From Stegostoma tigrinum (lineage: Eukaryota): a stretch of DNA of 64,000 bases. The DNA lies in contig NC_081355.1 of assembly GCF_030684315.1 (NCBI RefSeq), positions 66,736,924 to 66,800,923 of the forward strand, given 5' to 3'. The notes under the pieces are model-generated. The model was given only the letters and a program-made list of their open reading frames with translations. It did no database searches and was not told the DNA's origin. Both the position numbers and the translations under genes were made by a program. Shown in pieces: positions 38,110-51,895 of this stretch (its first letter is position 1; each line of letters opens with the position of its first letter).

Positions 38110-39260
38110 TTAGGTGCAGAAGTAGGTTTTTCATCATTTCAAGTCTGTTCCATCATTCAATAAGGTCCCGGCTAATCTGCCTGTGTTTTGACTTCCACAT
38201 TGCCATCCACCTCCAATAACATCTGACTCCCTTGCCTAATAACTATCTATCTAGCTCTGCCTTAAAAATATTCAACTCCGCCATCTACTGCAGCAGCAGA
38301 GAATTCCAAAGTTGGATTACCTTCTAAAGAGAGAGAATATTCTGTTTATCTCACTCCTGCAATTACAACCCACATTATTTAAATATTGCCCTCTCATTCT
38401 GGACTCACTCACGAGGAAGAACATTCATCCCTTATTAAGACTTTTGGGATGCTATACGCTCCAATCAAGACACCGTTCACTTTTCTAAGTCCAGTGGAAA
38501 TAAATTTCTTCCAATATTTCCTCATAAGACAACACACTCATTCCATGTATCAATCTAGTAAACGTTGAAAGCACTTACACCCTTCCTTAAGTAATTAGAT
38601 CAAATGTGCACACAATATTTGAGATGTGGTGTCAGCAATGCCCGATATAGCTAAAGCATAACATTCTTATTTTTTTGTTCCATTCATCTTGTAATGAAGG
38701 ACAACATCTTCTTAATTACTTACAGTACCTGCATACTAACCTTTTGTGGAGCGCAACAGAGCACCAAATTTCTCAATCTTGGAATTTTGTTGACATTCTC
38801 CATGCTTTATTATTCTTCCTGCAAACTTCATAATTTCAAAAATTCCATTTGGCAATTTTTTCCCTGCTCACTCAACCAAACTATATCTACCTGCAACCTC
38901 ATTATGTCCACTGCATGACATACTTTCCAAACAATTTTTGTGTCATCTGCGAATTTAGCTACCATGCTTTCACTTCCCTCATCTAAGTTGATGCAAAGTC
39001 ATATCCTGTCAATTAAAATGTGTATTCTGTTTTCAGTCAGACAACCAGACAGTCAACCATCTATCTGTACTAATGTATTACCCATATACCATGAACTCCT
39101 ATTCTGCAAAATCATCTTTTATGTGGCACCTTATCAAATGCATTCTGGAAATCCAAATGCGAGATGTTTATAGGCTCTTTCAAAGAACTCCAATAAATTG
39201 GTTTAGCTTGATTTTTCTTTCAGAAAACAATGCCAACTCTTCCTTGAATTTGCCTAAGTG
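38110..39260 (-). mobile_element. Old CR1 fragment
   Basis: Antisense VAKFADDTK (38935-38965) and DFQNAFDKVPH (39120-39155). Confidence 0.75.
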
Positions 39261-39544
39261 CCCAGCTACAACCTGGAATATAGTGAAACAGAATGAAATC
39301 ATTTTAAATTTTGTCAAAGAGTTAAGTATTACAATTTTAAGGGCAATTTCTTTCACAAAATATCACTTTCTGTTGGCATTTAAGTTAAATTTGCTGTTTT
39401 AATTTTAAGCATCTTCTGCGTTTAGGCAGACTAATTAACCTCTCTGCTGGTGAGAGATGGTGATTAGCTGATTAAGAAACTGGCTTAATCTCGTTCTACA
39501 ACTGCCAGGTAGCAGAATATTAGATGCATATATAAATAAATAAA

Positions 39545-39860
39545 TCAGGAGTGTGATAGAATATACTCTATTTGACTGGATAAGTGCATCTCCAACAAAA
39601 CTCAAGGAACTCAACACCATCCAAGATAGATAAACGCAATTCCATCCAATGTGTCAATCATTCACTCCCTCCACTACCAGCACATAATGATAGCATTGTG
39701 CACTATCCAAAAAAATAGACTGCAACACTCTTCCAAGGCATCTTAAACAGTACATTCCTACTACCAGAAAGACAAGGCACAGATACATGGAAACATCATC
39801 TCTTGCAAATTCCCTTCAAAGCCACATTGCATCCTGACTTAGACTGTTTCAATGTTCACT
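39545..39860 (+). mobile_element. Zenon-like LINE 3' fragment
   Basis: ctccaacaaaactcaaggaactcaacaccatccaaga..cattcactccctccac, like 2380-2660. Confidence 0.7.
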
Positions 39861-39916
39861 CCAGGCTTAGTAGCTGTGCCCCTATAGCTAGAAAAACAGG
39901 GAAAGAAATATTCCTA

Positions 39917-40041
39917 GACAGCAAGAACTGTAGATGCTGGAGTCAGAGACAACATAGTGTGGAGCTGGAGGAACACAGCAGGCCATGCAGTACCAGAGGA
40001 ACAGGAAAGTTGACTTTTCAGGTCAGGACCCTTCTTCAGAA
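39917..40041 (-). mobile_element. Penelope terminal-repeat mini-insertion with hammerhead motif
   Basis: Minus strand TT-CTGAAGA-AGGGTCCTGACCT-GAAAA-GTC-AA. Confidence 0.8.
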
Positions 40042-41795
40042 GTACTCCTGCCTGATGCTCCGAGGAAGTGCAACCTCAAAAACAGCATTAAGCAAGGTGG
40101 ATGGTTGTTGAAAATTTCAAGAGTGTTATTCAAATGTCTGGAAGGGAACAGTAATATTTGAATCTGGAGAGAATGCAATAGGTTCTATAATTCCCATGGC
40201 ACCTCTGTTCAGAACACTGAGTGATCTGCTTAGGGGTAGGTCTGTGACAGTGGAAGACAGCCTCCAAGTCCCTTTCATCAAACTGTACATCCCCTCCATC
40301 AATTAGGTCCTGCTTCAAGTTGTCAAAAAAGCATCCTGTTCTGGAAGAGAAATAGCCAGAATGTGCAGAGGCTGGTTTTTCTGTATGTGAAATGTTTCAT
40401 ACAGTTGAAGTGTTGTGAGATGTACCTGAGGCTTGTATATTGCTTGTGAAACGTGTATTAGTGTGGAAAGTTGTTAATATCAATATACAGTGGGACAAAA
40501 TATTGTAGAGCTTGTGCTGCTGATGGTAGTTATTGAGAAGTGGGTTTGTGAAATGGGATTTTACTTTGTACACTCATAGCAAGTCTTTCAATTTACAGGA
40601 TACTAGAATCATATATTTGGGCCAGGACTTCTGTCAGTCATCTCCCAAATGATTTTCACTCATATATTCTTCATTAACTGTCTCTATGGCATCTTTCATG
40701 ATTGAGAAAGAGGGCATCTCTCCTCTTTCAGGTAGGCAGCATATACAGTTCCAGAAAACTTGTTTGCAATAAGGATTTCAATGTGAAGTGCATAAATGTC
40801 AATTTTCAGCTCTTCATGCATATTGAAATCCTGACAATTATCAATAAGGCCCAAAATTTCATGTTAAATACAGACTTTCAAACATGTGTTTCTTAGTAGC
40901 ACAGAAGCTCTTTTCACCCTCTTTCCAAGATTAGCTACAGTGAGATAGTTCTCTCAGTTGGGGGGTGTTCCAGAAATGTTGCTCAATGAATTGTAATAGG
41001 ACAGAAGGTCTCATCTAAGGTCTGAGGGAAGAATGAAAATATCTGTCCCAGAATTACTCAGCATCAGTCATATTCTCCACAGTTTCTCTTCCTTGTTTAC
41101 ATCTCCAGGTTTCACTTCATGGCACAGTGCTGCCTGGAACTGAGGAGAAGATGAAAACCTACATCAGGATTTTAAAGGCAACAGTGGCCATGTCCACTTG
41201 CTGGCAAGTTCATGGAAATGCAACCTCAACTCTGATAACTTTGACTAGATTTTGTGTGGTTAAGGCATCAGGCCTCCAATCATTTCATGGGCGAAATCCC
41301 TCCTTCAAGAACTGTTGGTCATTCAGAAGGAAGGTGACACTTCAGTCCCAGCAGCACCACTGCTTGGGTTTAGTGAACCCAGCACAAGGCAGAGGTTCAA
41401 AATCTGACATTTCCTGCTCTAAATGGCCCTAGTTATTCAATTCTTTTAACACATAATAACATCGCTGATACTTAATAGATGCAAACAGACAGATTAGGTG
41501 TTAGATTTACTTAATAATGTCATTATACCTAGGTACAGAGAAAAGAATATCACATCACCTTGTTCTGACGCTATCTTGGATTACAGGATATTTTACACAA
41601 GTGGTAAAATACTGATTAAATTAAATAAAACAGATCATTTTTCCCTCTCCATTGACTTCACCCTCTTTGTTCCTCTAGTTGGCATTAATGTGTACTTCTA
41701 TCAAAATTAATACTAAAGCAATGGATACAGTAATACAGCATAATGAAAAAAGTTGTTCAGTGGATCATAGACTAGTAGATACACATTTGTAGAAC

Positions 41796-43827
41796 AGAGT
41801 CATAGGGTCAAAGAGCACAGAAACAGACTCTTCAGCCCAACCAGTCCATGCGAAACAAATTCCCAAACTGAACTAGTCTCATCTGCCTGATCCTGGGCCA
41901 TATCCCTCCAAACCTTTCCTATTCATATACCCATCCCACTGTGTTTTAAACATTGAAATTGTACCTGCATCATCACTTCGTACAAGAGTTCATTCCACAA
42001 GCGAACCACCCACTGTCTCATGTTTTTTTTTAAATCTCTGTCATCCCACCTTAAAAATGGACACCACAATCTGGAAATTCCCCATCTTAGGGAAAAGACA
42101 ACTACCTTCAATTTTATATATCCCCCTCATTATTTTATAAACGTCACCTCTCAACCTCATGTGCTTCAGTGAAAAAAAGACCCAGCCTATCCACCCTTTC
42201 CTAATAACTCAAACTTTCAAAATTCAGCCAAATCCAGGTAAATCTCTTCTGAACCCTCTCCAGCTTGATAATATCCTCCCTATAATGGGATAACCAGAAC
42301 TGGCCTCACTAATGCCCTATACATCCTCAACATAACACCCCAACTCCGATACTCAGCGGACTGAGAAATGAAGGCAAGCGTAAAAACACCTTTTTAATCA
42401 TCTTGTCTATATGTGATGCAAACTCTAAAAAAGTTATGTATCTGCATGCCAATGCCGTTCTGTTCCACAACACTACCCAAGGACCAATCATAAATTATAT
42501 ACGCCCTACTCTTGTTTATTGTACAAAAATGCCTCACTTTTATCCAGATTGAACTCCAGCTGTCATTTTTCAGCCTATTGACCTACTTGATCAAGAGCCC
42601 TTTGTAATCTTAGAAAATCTTCCTCACTGTCTACATCGTCATAAATTTTGGTGTCATCCACAAACTTACTAACCATGCCTTCTATACTCTTATCAAAGTC
42701 ATTTATATAAATGACAAACAAACGAGGACTCAGAACAGATCCCTGTGGAACACTGCTGGTCACAGGTCTCCAGTCAAGAAACCAACCCTCCACCATTACT
42801 CTCTGTCTCTTGCTATTATGCCAATGACGTATCCAATTGGCAAGCTCACCCTGAATCCCATGTGAACTAACTTTACTAATTAGCCTACCGTGCAGAACCT
42901 TATCAAAGGCTTTACTAAAATCCAAACAACGTCTACTGCTCCGCCATCATCCTTTTTTTTGGTAACTTCCTCAAAAAAAGCTCAATCAAGGTTGTGAGAC
43001 ACAAATTTCCTCACACAAAATCATGCTGACTATCCCAAATCAATTTTCGCTTCTCTAAATGTCCACAAATCCTTTCTTTTATAATCACCTCCAACAATTT
43101 ACCCACAACCAAAGTCTGACTCAACGGTCTAAAATTTCTCGGTTTCTCCTTACAGCCTTTCTTAACAAAAGGTACAATATTAGCCACCCTCCAGTCATCA
43201 GGAACCTCACCCTTAGTTATAGATAATGCAAATATTTTTGCAAGAGATCTCGTAATTTCTTTCTTGACTTCCCTCACACTCTGGGATACATTAAATCAGG
43301 GATCCACCTTTATTTTCTCTGAAACCTCCTGAACTTCCTCTTCTGTAATGTGAACTATTTTTTAAAAATCAAAGTTTATTTCTCTGTATTCTCTAGTCAC
43401 CATTTCTTTCTCCACAGTAAAAACTGATGCAAAATATTCATGTAGTGTCTCTCCCATCTCCTGGGGTTCAACAAAAAGATGACCTCCTTGATCTTTAAGA
43501 GGCCTAACTCTCTCTCTAGTTACCCTTATGCTCTTAATGTATTTGTAGTACCTCTTTCGATATCGTTAACCTTATCTGCCAATGTTGTCTTATATCCCCT
43601 CTTTGCCTTCCTGATTTCTCTCTTAAGAATGGCCCTCCACTCTTTACATTAATACATTCATTTGAAGCAAGTCTTCTTTATCAAAAAAAGGTTCTCTTTT
43701 ATTCCTGACTAGAACTCCAATATCTTTATTCATCCATTGTTCCTTACTCTTGCCAGCCTTACCCTTCACTCTATCAAGAATAAAATGTCTCCGAATTCTC
43801 ATCATCACTATCTTGAATGCCTCTACC
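41796..43827 (-). mobile_element. Decayed ~2 kb CR1 LINE
   Basis: ORFs 43011-43277 (VPDDWRVANIVP..FRPLS) and 42575-42925 (DFSKAFDKV..PQGSVL..FVDDTK); 3' UTR at ~41800. Confidence 0.9.
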
Positions 43828-45642
43828 AAAAAAAATGCCACAATTAGTTTTTTTTAGTACTTCTGCTGTTCAATTTGAACAAGTTGTGTAAATGCTTGTT
43901 TGTAGAGTCAAAAATGTGGCCTGGAAACGAAGAGGCCCAGTTGACATCTAACCAAAAAAATATACCAATCAACATGTCATACAACTACACTTGCCCACAA
44001 CTTTCAGTTTGATATCCTCTGAAAGAGAAATGAAAACAAGCGTTGTCTCAGAGAAAATAAAGAACTACAGAAAACTACCTTTCCATCAACACTTTATTAC
44101 AGTGAATTTAGCCAAGCTCATCACATCAAAGAGGACATATTAAGGAGAATAAAATTGCAAATAATTCCACCTGAAATGAAGAAATAGACGGGTAAAGGAA
44201 ATGGCTGATCACAGAAGTGGAAATGGTTGGTAACAAGAAATGCTGATTGGTCCACTGGGACTTTATTACTTACGTGACTAAAGGTTCAACTCAGGACACT
44301 TCAAAGGTGATAATGAATAATAGCCTCCTAATGCTTTGCAGCCCTTTATTTCCTTCTTCATATAAGCACCAAAGCAGTATTGTTCTCATTTCACACAATG
44401 ATGTATAACGAAGGAGCTTAACTAACGAGCTAAAATAAACCTATGAACAAAATCAGAAATATATGCATTGGGAGTCAAGAAGAAGAAAACAAAAAAGGTG
44501 ATAAAAAGCTTTTAAGGAGTGATGAATGGAAAAGTTTGAGATGAGAAGGGCATAGGTTTAGGAAGACAGTTCTGGAATATTAGTGCTGCAGCATTGGGCC
44601 AATTGCAGAGTGAAAAAGACACAGGGTGGTGGCGGGGAGCTGGCTTTCAAAGGAGTAGAAAGAGTTCAGAGGAGCTTGGGTTGTAGAATGGAGGAAGTTA
44701 CAGAGATGAAAATGGACAATAATTGTGAAGCATGTCAAATGTAATCAATTTTAAACTACACAGCTTCTTTCTGAAGGACTGCAGATTGACATCATTAACA
44801 CAGGCACGTCTGAACAAAAGAATGAAATCTGCGAGATGCTGAATTGAAGGAGTATTATAATTGCTTGGTAATAGTATTTAGATGAAGTACAGTGCTTTCA
44901 GCAGCCTGTGCGGGATGTTGGTTTTAAAAGGCAGCATCGGAATACAGATTTTCCTGATTGCCCTCCTGTTGAGCCAGACTGAAAGGTAGAACATGATGTG
45001 ATGTCAAGACAAATCTATAGAGGATTTTATTCATATTTAACATGTGTTTTACAGGTAGCAGATGTTCTGCCTTCATCCTCTCAGAAAACCATCTTTACCA
45101 TTGAAATGGACTGACTAGGACAATAATTATTTATGGCAGCAGGACATCAGGTATCAGTTGTGTTCTTAGATAAACCCTTCCCAGGTTTGTAAATTGCTTA
45201 CAAATGTAAGTACAAACAATTTTTAGACAGCAGATGATTAGAGTTATAATATAAAATACAATCTAAATTATGTGTTTTCATGATTGGAACAATCAATGAA
45301 TTAGTATGTTTGGTGCAGGCATTCAGATTTAAGCGATCAACATAGTTATGTTTTCTTCAGCTATTTTGATAACAATTTATTTAACATTTTGCTGGGCTTC
45401 CAGGAATGTATACTTAAAATGTCTGGCCTCATTTAATGGTATTGATCAGACAGAACTCAGCTTCTTATCTGAGAGTAGTTCATATCTATTTTCAAAAACA
45501 GCAAATCCTTTCATTATTAGATTTCATTGCCAAATCGAGATGTATTTTGGATAAGAAACTTCAAGAGTTACCACAAAGAGTGTCTCGGTAATACTGCTAC
45601 CATCTAAGTCCTGAAGGGCTAATTTGTCAGGGCTTGCAGCAA

Positions 45643-45960
45643 GTCATAGAGTCATACAGCATGGAAACAGACCCTTTGAGCCAACTAGTGCATGCCACTA
45701 TGTTCCTAAATTGAACTAATCCCTCCTGCCTGTGTTTGGACCATATCCCGCCAAACCTTTCTTTTAGTGTATTGCGACTGTATCCCTACCCACCACTTCC
45801 TTTGGCAGTTCATTCCACACATTAACCACAATCTGTGTAAAAATATTGCCCTCATGTCCTTTTTAAAAGTTTCTCCTCTCACCTTAAAAATATGCCCCCT
45901 AGTTTTGAATTTCCCTACACTATGGAAAAGACCCTTATTAACACCTTATCTATGCCTTTA
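45643..45960 (-). mobile_element. CR1 3' fragment
   Basis: gtcatagagtcatacagcatggaaacagaccc tail; ctcaccttaaaaatatgccccctagttttg. Confidence 0.85.
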
Positions 45961-46379
45961 TGAATCTATTAACTCTGATTAAAACAAAGAGAAAAACTGA
46001 CCTGAATTCATCTTCAACAATTTACTTATATTTGTCTATAACAGTAATGTAGTAGAGCCACTTCACATAACCTTCCAGGAGATGAAGATCTGTTTTCACA
46101 CTGATGACTCCTCCATCATGTTGTGTTACATCATCAACATGCTCAGTAGGATAGTTTCTGAATAGATCTAGCAGCTTCAAATTGGGCACCGACAAGGGTC
46201 AGTGGATCATCAATATCAGTAGAGTTATGCTTCAATATACTGTAAAGTTATGCCCAGCATATTCTTTACTCGATGATTACTGTCAAGCTAATTGATTGAC
46301 CTTGGCTCAATAAGGACAATTGATGAATAGGTCACCAGCAGCACTGATAAACTGATACACTGACGAAGTCACATATGAC

Positions 46380-46655
46380 GTTCAGTTTCAGAACATAGGG
46401 CAGGCCATTTAAGACTGGGATGAGGAGGAATTCCTTCACTCAAAGTTGATGAGTCTTTGGGACTGTCCACACCAAAGGGCTGTGGAAACTCAATCATTAA
46501 GCATATTCATGACAGAAATCAACTGATTTCTGAAGAATACTGACATCAGGGGACACAGAGAAAGTGGCAAAAAAGGTGTAGAAATATTTGATCTGATATG
46601 AAGTGTTTAATGCGCCAAACGGCTTACTCCTGTCACTACTTCCTATGTTCCTCTC
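46380..46655 (+). mobile_element. Old CR1 3' fragment
   Basis: ccatttaagactgggatgaggaggaattccttcactc..ggcttactcctg. Confidence 0.7.
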
Positions 46656-47371
46656 ATTACATACATGCCAAACAGTGGAAGGAGCATACAATAGGTCAAG
46701 CTAACCAGTCCCACAGCCAGTGGATATTAGATTAAAGCTCTACGTTTCTATAAAATTCAATCACAAATAGCAGTAAATAGTTAGACAACAAATGTGAGGA
46801 GTTTCCACGAGCATCTGCATTTTCAAAGATGGCAGACCTTTGTACACAATGACGCCTCTTAAGTTTTTGTGAACACTTTCAGCCAGGATTTGATGATATA
46901 TCTCAGCTCCCTTTTGAAATCCCCAGTGTTATGGAGGCCAGTCTTCAGACAAATCAGTTCATTGAAAGTAACGAAAGTAAAAATACTGAATGTATCAGGT
47001 ACAGAAATGATAGTGTGCTCAAACGACATGCTGTTTCTGGTGCTGAAAACATGTCCTCTAGAAATAGTTGAACTTCTGCCAAGCTGCTCCATTTCAGCTA
47101 CCACATTGACATTAAAGTTGAAAATTGCCCAAGTTTGGCCTGTCCACAGAAAGCAGGACAAATGCAAACCAATCAGTTCCTATCCAATTAGCCTACCTTC
47201 AATCATCAACAGCATTGCAGAAAGGATCATTGAATATGCTAGCAAGTGGCACTTACTCAACCATAATGTGCTCAATAATGCTCAATTTAGGCCTGACAAG
47301 AACTGCTTCACTTCTGATCTCACTACAGTCATTATCTACTCATTGGCAATTTCTGCCAAAGTGGATAAGTT

Positions 47372-47600
47372 CATACTTTTGATTCCAAATGTGGAACGAA
47401 CTGCCAGAGGAAGTGATGGTTGCAGGTACAGTTACAACATTGAAAAGACATTCGGAAATGTTCATGAACAGGAAAAGTTTAGAGTGATACGGGCCAAATG
47501 CAGGCAAGTGGGACTAGTTTAGTTTGGGAAATTTGGTCGGCATGGACTAGTTGGACCGAAGGGTCTGTTACCATGCTGACTGACTCTATGCTCTATGACT
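47372..47600 (+). mobile_element. CR1 3' end nested in the Zenon-like LINE
   Basis: tgtggaacgaactgccagagg..ggaccgaagggtctg..gactctatg. Confidence 0.85.
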
Positions 47601-47889
47601 TTAATAGAGCTGAGTCTGAGGTGAGTTGAGAGTTAATGTCATCAGCTTCAAGGCTTCATCTGACTAGGTTTGGCAAAGCAAAATTGAAATCACTAGGAAT
47701 AATGAAAAATTCTCCAATGCTGGAGTTGTACCTAACTCAAAATGGCATTGTCATTGCTGTTGGAGCTCAATATTGACAAACTATGGACAATGCTACAGGA
47801 GCTCTTCAGGGTAATATTCCAGGCCCAAACATCTTCAAATCTTTCATCAATAGCCCACTCTACATCATAATGTCAGAAATTAGGCCAAT

Positions 47890-50081
47890 ACTAGCCTTGG
47901 GTGTCTGTCTGTGTGGAGTTTTCACATTCTCCCTGTGTCTGCGTGGGTTTTCTCTGGGTGCTCCGGTTTCCTCCCACAGTCCAAAATTGTGCAGGCTAGG
48001 TGAATTGGCCATGCTAAATTGCCTGTAGTGTTCAGGGGTGTGTGGGTTATAGAACATAGAACATTACAGCACAGTACAGGCCCTTCGGCCCTCGATGTTG
48101 TGCCGACCTGTCATACCGATCTGAAGCCCATCTAACCTACACTATTCCATGTACGTCCATATGTTTATCCTATGATGACGTAAATGTACCTAAAGTTGTC
48201 GAATCTACTACCGTTGCAGGCAAAGTGTTCCATTCCCTTACTACTCTCTGAGTAAAGAAACTACCTCTGACATCTGTCCTATAGCTTTCACCCCTCAATT
48301 TGAAGCTATGCCCCCTCATGCTCGCCATCACCATCCTAGGAAAAAGGCTCTCCCTATCCACCCTATCTAACCCTCTGATTATTTTATATGTTTCAATTAA
48401 GTCACCTCTCAACCTTCTTCTCTCTAACAAAAACAGCCTCAAGTCCCTCAGCCTTTCCTCGTAAGACCTTCCCTCCATACCAGGCAACATCCTAGTAAAT
48501 CTCCTCTGCACCCTTTCCAAAGCTTCCACATCCTTCTTATAATGCGGTGACCAGAACTGTAAACAATACTCCAAGTGCGGCCGCACCAGAGTTTTGTACA
48601 GCTCCACCATAACCTCTTGGTTCTGGAACTCGATCCCTCTTTAATAAATGCTAAAACACTGTATGCCTTCTTAACAGCCCTGTCAACCTGGGTGGCAACT
48701 TTCAAGGATCTGTGTACATAGACACCGAGATCTCTCTGCTCATCTACACTACTAAGAATCTTATCATTAGCCCTGTACTTTGCCTTCTGGTTGCTCCTAC
48801 CAAAGTGCATCACCTCACACTTGTCTGCATTAAACTCCATTTGCCACCTCTCAGCCCAGCTCTGCAGCTTATCTATGTCTCTCTGCAACCTACAGCATCC
48901 TTCGTCACTATCCACAACTCCACCGACCTTAGTGTCGTCTGCAAAGTTACTAACCCATCCTTCTACGCCCTCATCCAGGTCATTTATAAAAGTGACAAAC
49001 AGCAGTGGACCCAACACCGACACTTGCGGTACACCACTGGTAACTGGTCTCCAGGATGAACATTTCCCATCAACTACCACCCTCTGTCTTCTTTCAGCAA
49101 GCCAATTTTCGATCCAAACTGCTATATCTCCCACAATTCCATTCCTCCGTATTTTGTACAATAGCCTACTGTGGGGAACCTTGTCGAACGCCTTGCTGAA
49201 ATCCATATACACCACATCAACCGGTTTACTCTCATCTACCTGTTTGGTCACCTTCTCAAAGTACTCAATAAGGTTTGTGAGGCACGACCTTCCCTTCACA
49301 AAACCGTGCTGACTATCCCTAATCAATTTATTCTTTTCTAGATGATTATAAATCCAATCCCTTATAACCTTTTCCAACACTTTACCAACAACTGAGGTAA
49401 GGCTCACTGGTCTATAATTACCAGGGTTGTCTCTACTCCCCTTCTTGAACAGGGGAACCACATTTGCTGTCCTCCAGTCATCTGGCACTATTCCTGTAGA
49501 CAATGACGAGTTAAAGATCAATGCCAAAGGCTCGGCAATCTCCTCCCTGGCTTCCCAGAGGATCCGAGGATAAATCCCATCTGGCCCAGGGGACTTATCT
49601 ATCTTCACCTTCTGAAGGATTTCTAATACCTCTTCCTTGTGAACCTCAATCCCACCTAATCTCGTAGCCTGTATCTCAGTATTCTCCTCGACAACATTGT
49701 CGTTTTCTAGAGTGAATACTGTTGAAAAATATTCATTTAGCACTTCCCCTATCTCATCTGACTCCACACACAACTTACCACTACTATCCTTGATTGGGTC
49801 TAATCTTACTTTCATCATTTTTTTATTCCTTAAATACCTATAGAAAGCCTTAGGGTTTACCCTGATCCTATCCGCCAACAACTTCTCACGTCTCCTCCTG
49901 GCTCTTCTGAGCTCTCTCTTTAGGTCTTTCCTGGCTACCTCATAGCCCTCAAGTGCCCTAACTGAGCCTTCACATCTCATCCTATAGGGGGATGGGTCTG
50001 GGTGGGATGTTCCAAGGGGCGGTATGGACTTGTTGGGCCAAAGGGCCTGTTTCCACACTGTAGGTAATCTAATCTAATCTA
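47890..50081 (+). mobile_element. HE1 V-SINE split by CR1 (pieces ~47890-48052 and 49983-50081)
   Basis: V-core at 47905-48030 ends gtgtgggttatag and resumes tatagggggatgggtctgggtggg..(aatct)n. Confidence 0.85.
48053..49982 (-). mobile_element. Young 5'-truncated CR1 LINE (one frameshift near 48630)
   Basis: ORFs 48448-50058 (KSPGPDGIYPRIL, NYRPVSLTS, DFSKAFD, FADD) and 48170-48610 (LVRPHLEYC..RGDLIE). Confidence 0.95.
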
Positions 50082-51207
50082 CACGGTGTTCAGATCTATT
50101 TTGAACTTATTTGAGAAGGAGGCACAACATTAGTGCATGCAGAACATTTTGGACAACATTAAGTCTGGAGCTGACAAGTGGCAATAACCTTCTCCAACAA
50201 CAGAGATTTACATCATCTTCCTATGACTTTCAATGGCAATGCCTTAATCAATTCCACCCAAATCAACATCCTGGAATAACCATTGACCAAATACTTAAAC
50301 GTTTCAAACACACATGCACTACAGCTCCAAGAGTACGTAAAATGATGGGTGTTCAACAATGTTTGGCTTACCTCAAAAATACAAATCAGAAGACTGATTA
50401 TGTCCTGTCTACTTGCCTGGATGAGCATGGCTGCTACAGCACTTAAGAAGTTTGATGGCTAACAAGCAAAACAGCCAAATGGTTTGGCACACTGACTCCT
50501 TCGACTGCTCCTTCCAAATTTGTGATCTTTGCAACTTCAAAGTATGCAGACTCTCGAACACCACAAACTGCAAGTTCCACACCAAAGTACACACAACCTT
50601 GGCTAGGTAATATATCACTATTCTTTCAAAGAAGCTGGGTCACAATCTTAGAAATCCCTCCCCAGCAGCATTTTGATGTACCTAACTTCAAAAAGGCAAT
50701 TCAGCACCACTTTATCAAGGGAAATTAGAGAGGGCAATATCTGTTGACCATGCTATTAATACTCGCACCACATGAATGCATAAGAAGATTTTTTGCCGTC
50801 ATTTCAATCTTTAAAGATGCATTTAAAAAACCAGTAAGTTATTATTTCCAGAGCTAATCAATATTAACTTGCAATATAATCAGATATATGACAATTAGAA
50901 TTGCCTTTACAACTAATACTTTCCAGTCCCTATGTGTGCACATTTACAATGCTTGGCATGTTAATCAGAATAGTTGTGTTAATTTTCATGGATGAGATGT
51001 AAATGAAGGGCACTTGACTAAAACTAAAGCATTTGTGTTTTCCAGTGTAAAATAGATAAAAAGTAAGCATAAGGAGTTAAAGCAAGATTAGAAATAACAG
51101 TTCAAGGATAGAGTAAAACATCAAAAGAAACCTTTTTATACATAGAAAGCAGGTATCAAAATAACCTGGAATCCAAATGCATAGAATATTGCAAACGGTT
51201 TTGGTCC

Positions 51208-51310
51208 TCTGATGAAGGGTCTAGGCCCGAAATGTCAGCTTTTGTGCTCCTGAGATGCTGCTGGGCCTGCTGTGTTCATCCAGCCTCACATTTTATTATC
51301 TTTGATTCCA
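51208..51310 (+). mobile_element. Penelope terminal-repeat mini-insertion with intact hammerhead core
   Basis: CT-CTGATGA-AGGGTCTAGGCCC-GAAAT-GTC-AG at 51207-51238; body nearly identical to 4249-4334. Confidence 0.85.
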
Positions 51311-51494
51311 AATATCGAGGGTTTTTCTTAAGAGGACAGTTTGAGTATTTTGGGTTTGACCCTGCCGATGCCTCACCTAAATGCCTAAAGATTAATTGTA
51401 AATATAGAGAAAGGCAAACCCTAATATTTATTTTCTTCTCTGTAAGTAAAGATTTCCTTTGATGAATAATGTACATTTTTGCAAAAGAAAATTG

Positions 51495-51895
51495 GGCCTG
51501 GACTCATTGGAAATTGGAATAGTGAGAGGCGACCTTATTGAAATATATAAGATTCTTAGGGGGCTTGACAAAGTAAGTAAGAAGAGGTTGTTTCTCCTCG
51601 TGGGTAAATCTGGGGTCAGAGGGCGTAATCTCAGAGTAAGTGGGTCACCCATTCAAAGTGGAGATTTTTGTGGACTTTTTTTCTTTAACAGGATAGCTAA
51701 TGTGTAGAATATTTTACTGCTGAAGGCTGTCAGGAGGTTATGTCATTAAGTATGTTCAATGAAGTGAACACAAGGTTATAGGGATAAGACAGAAAGTACA
51801 GTTGAAGATAAACAAATCATCCAAGATCTCATTAAGCGACAGAGCAGGCTCAATGGGCCAAATGACCTATATCTGATCCTGTGTTGTATGATCTT
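51495..51895 (+). mobile_element. Old CR1 3' fragment
   Basis: ORF 51459-51707 RGDLIEIYKILRGLDKV. Confidence 0.85.

Larger units (their letters stand above)
46900..50785 (+). mobile_element. Decayed Zenon-like LINE (pieces ~46900-47880 and ~50082-50785) hosting nested CR1 and HE1 insertions
   Basis: LKTCPLE..KIAQVWPVHRKQDK..YPISLPSII (ORF 46869-47522), QGNIPGPNIFKSFIN (47783-), resumes at 50082 and ends caccacatgaatgcat. Confidence 0.75.

Noticed and set aside
40130-41430. ORF-like, GC-richer stretches as Myb/SANT or host exons
   Set aside because: No convincing motif could be read in any frame.
46869-47522. 217-aa ORF as a host gene
   Set aside because: It is decayed Zenon-like LINE protein running into an inserted CR1 3' end.
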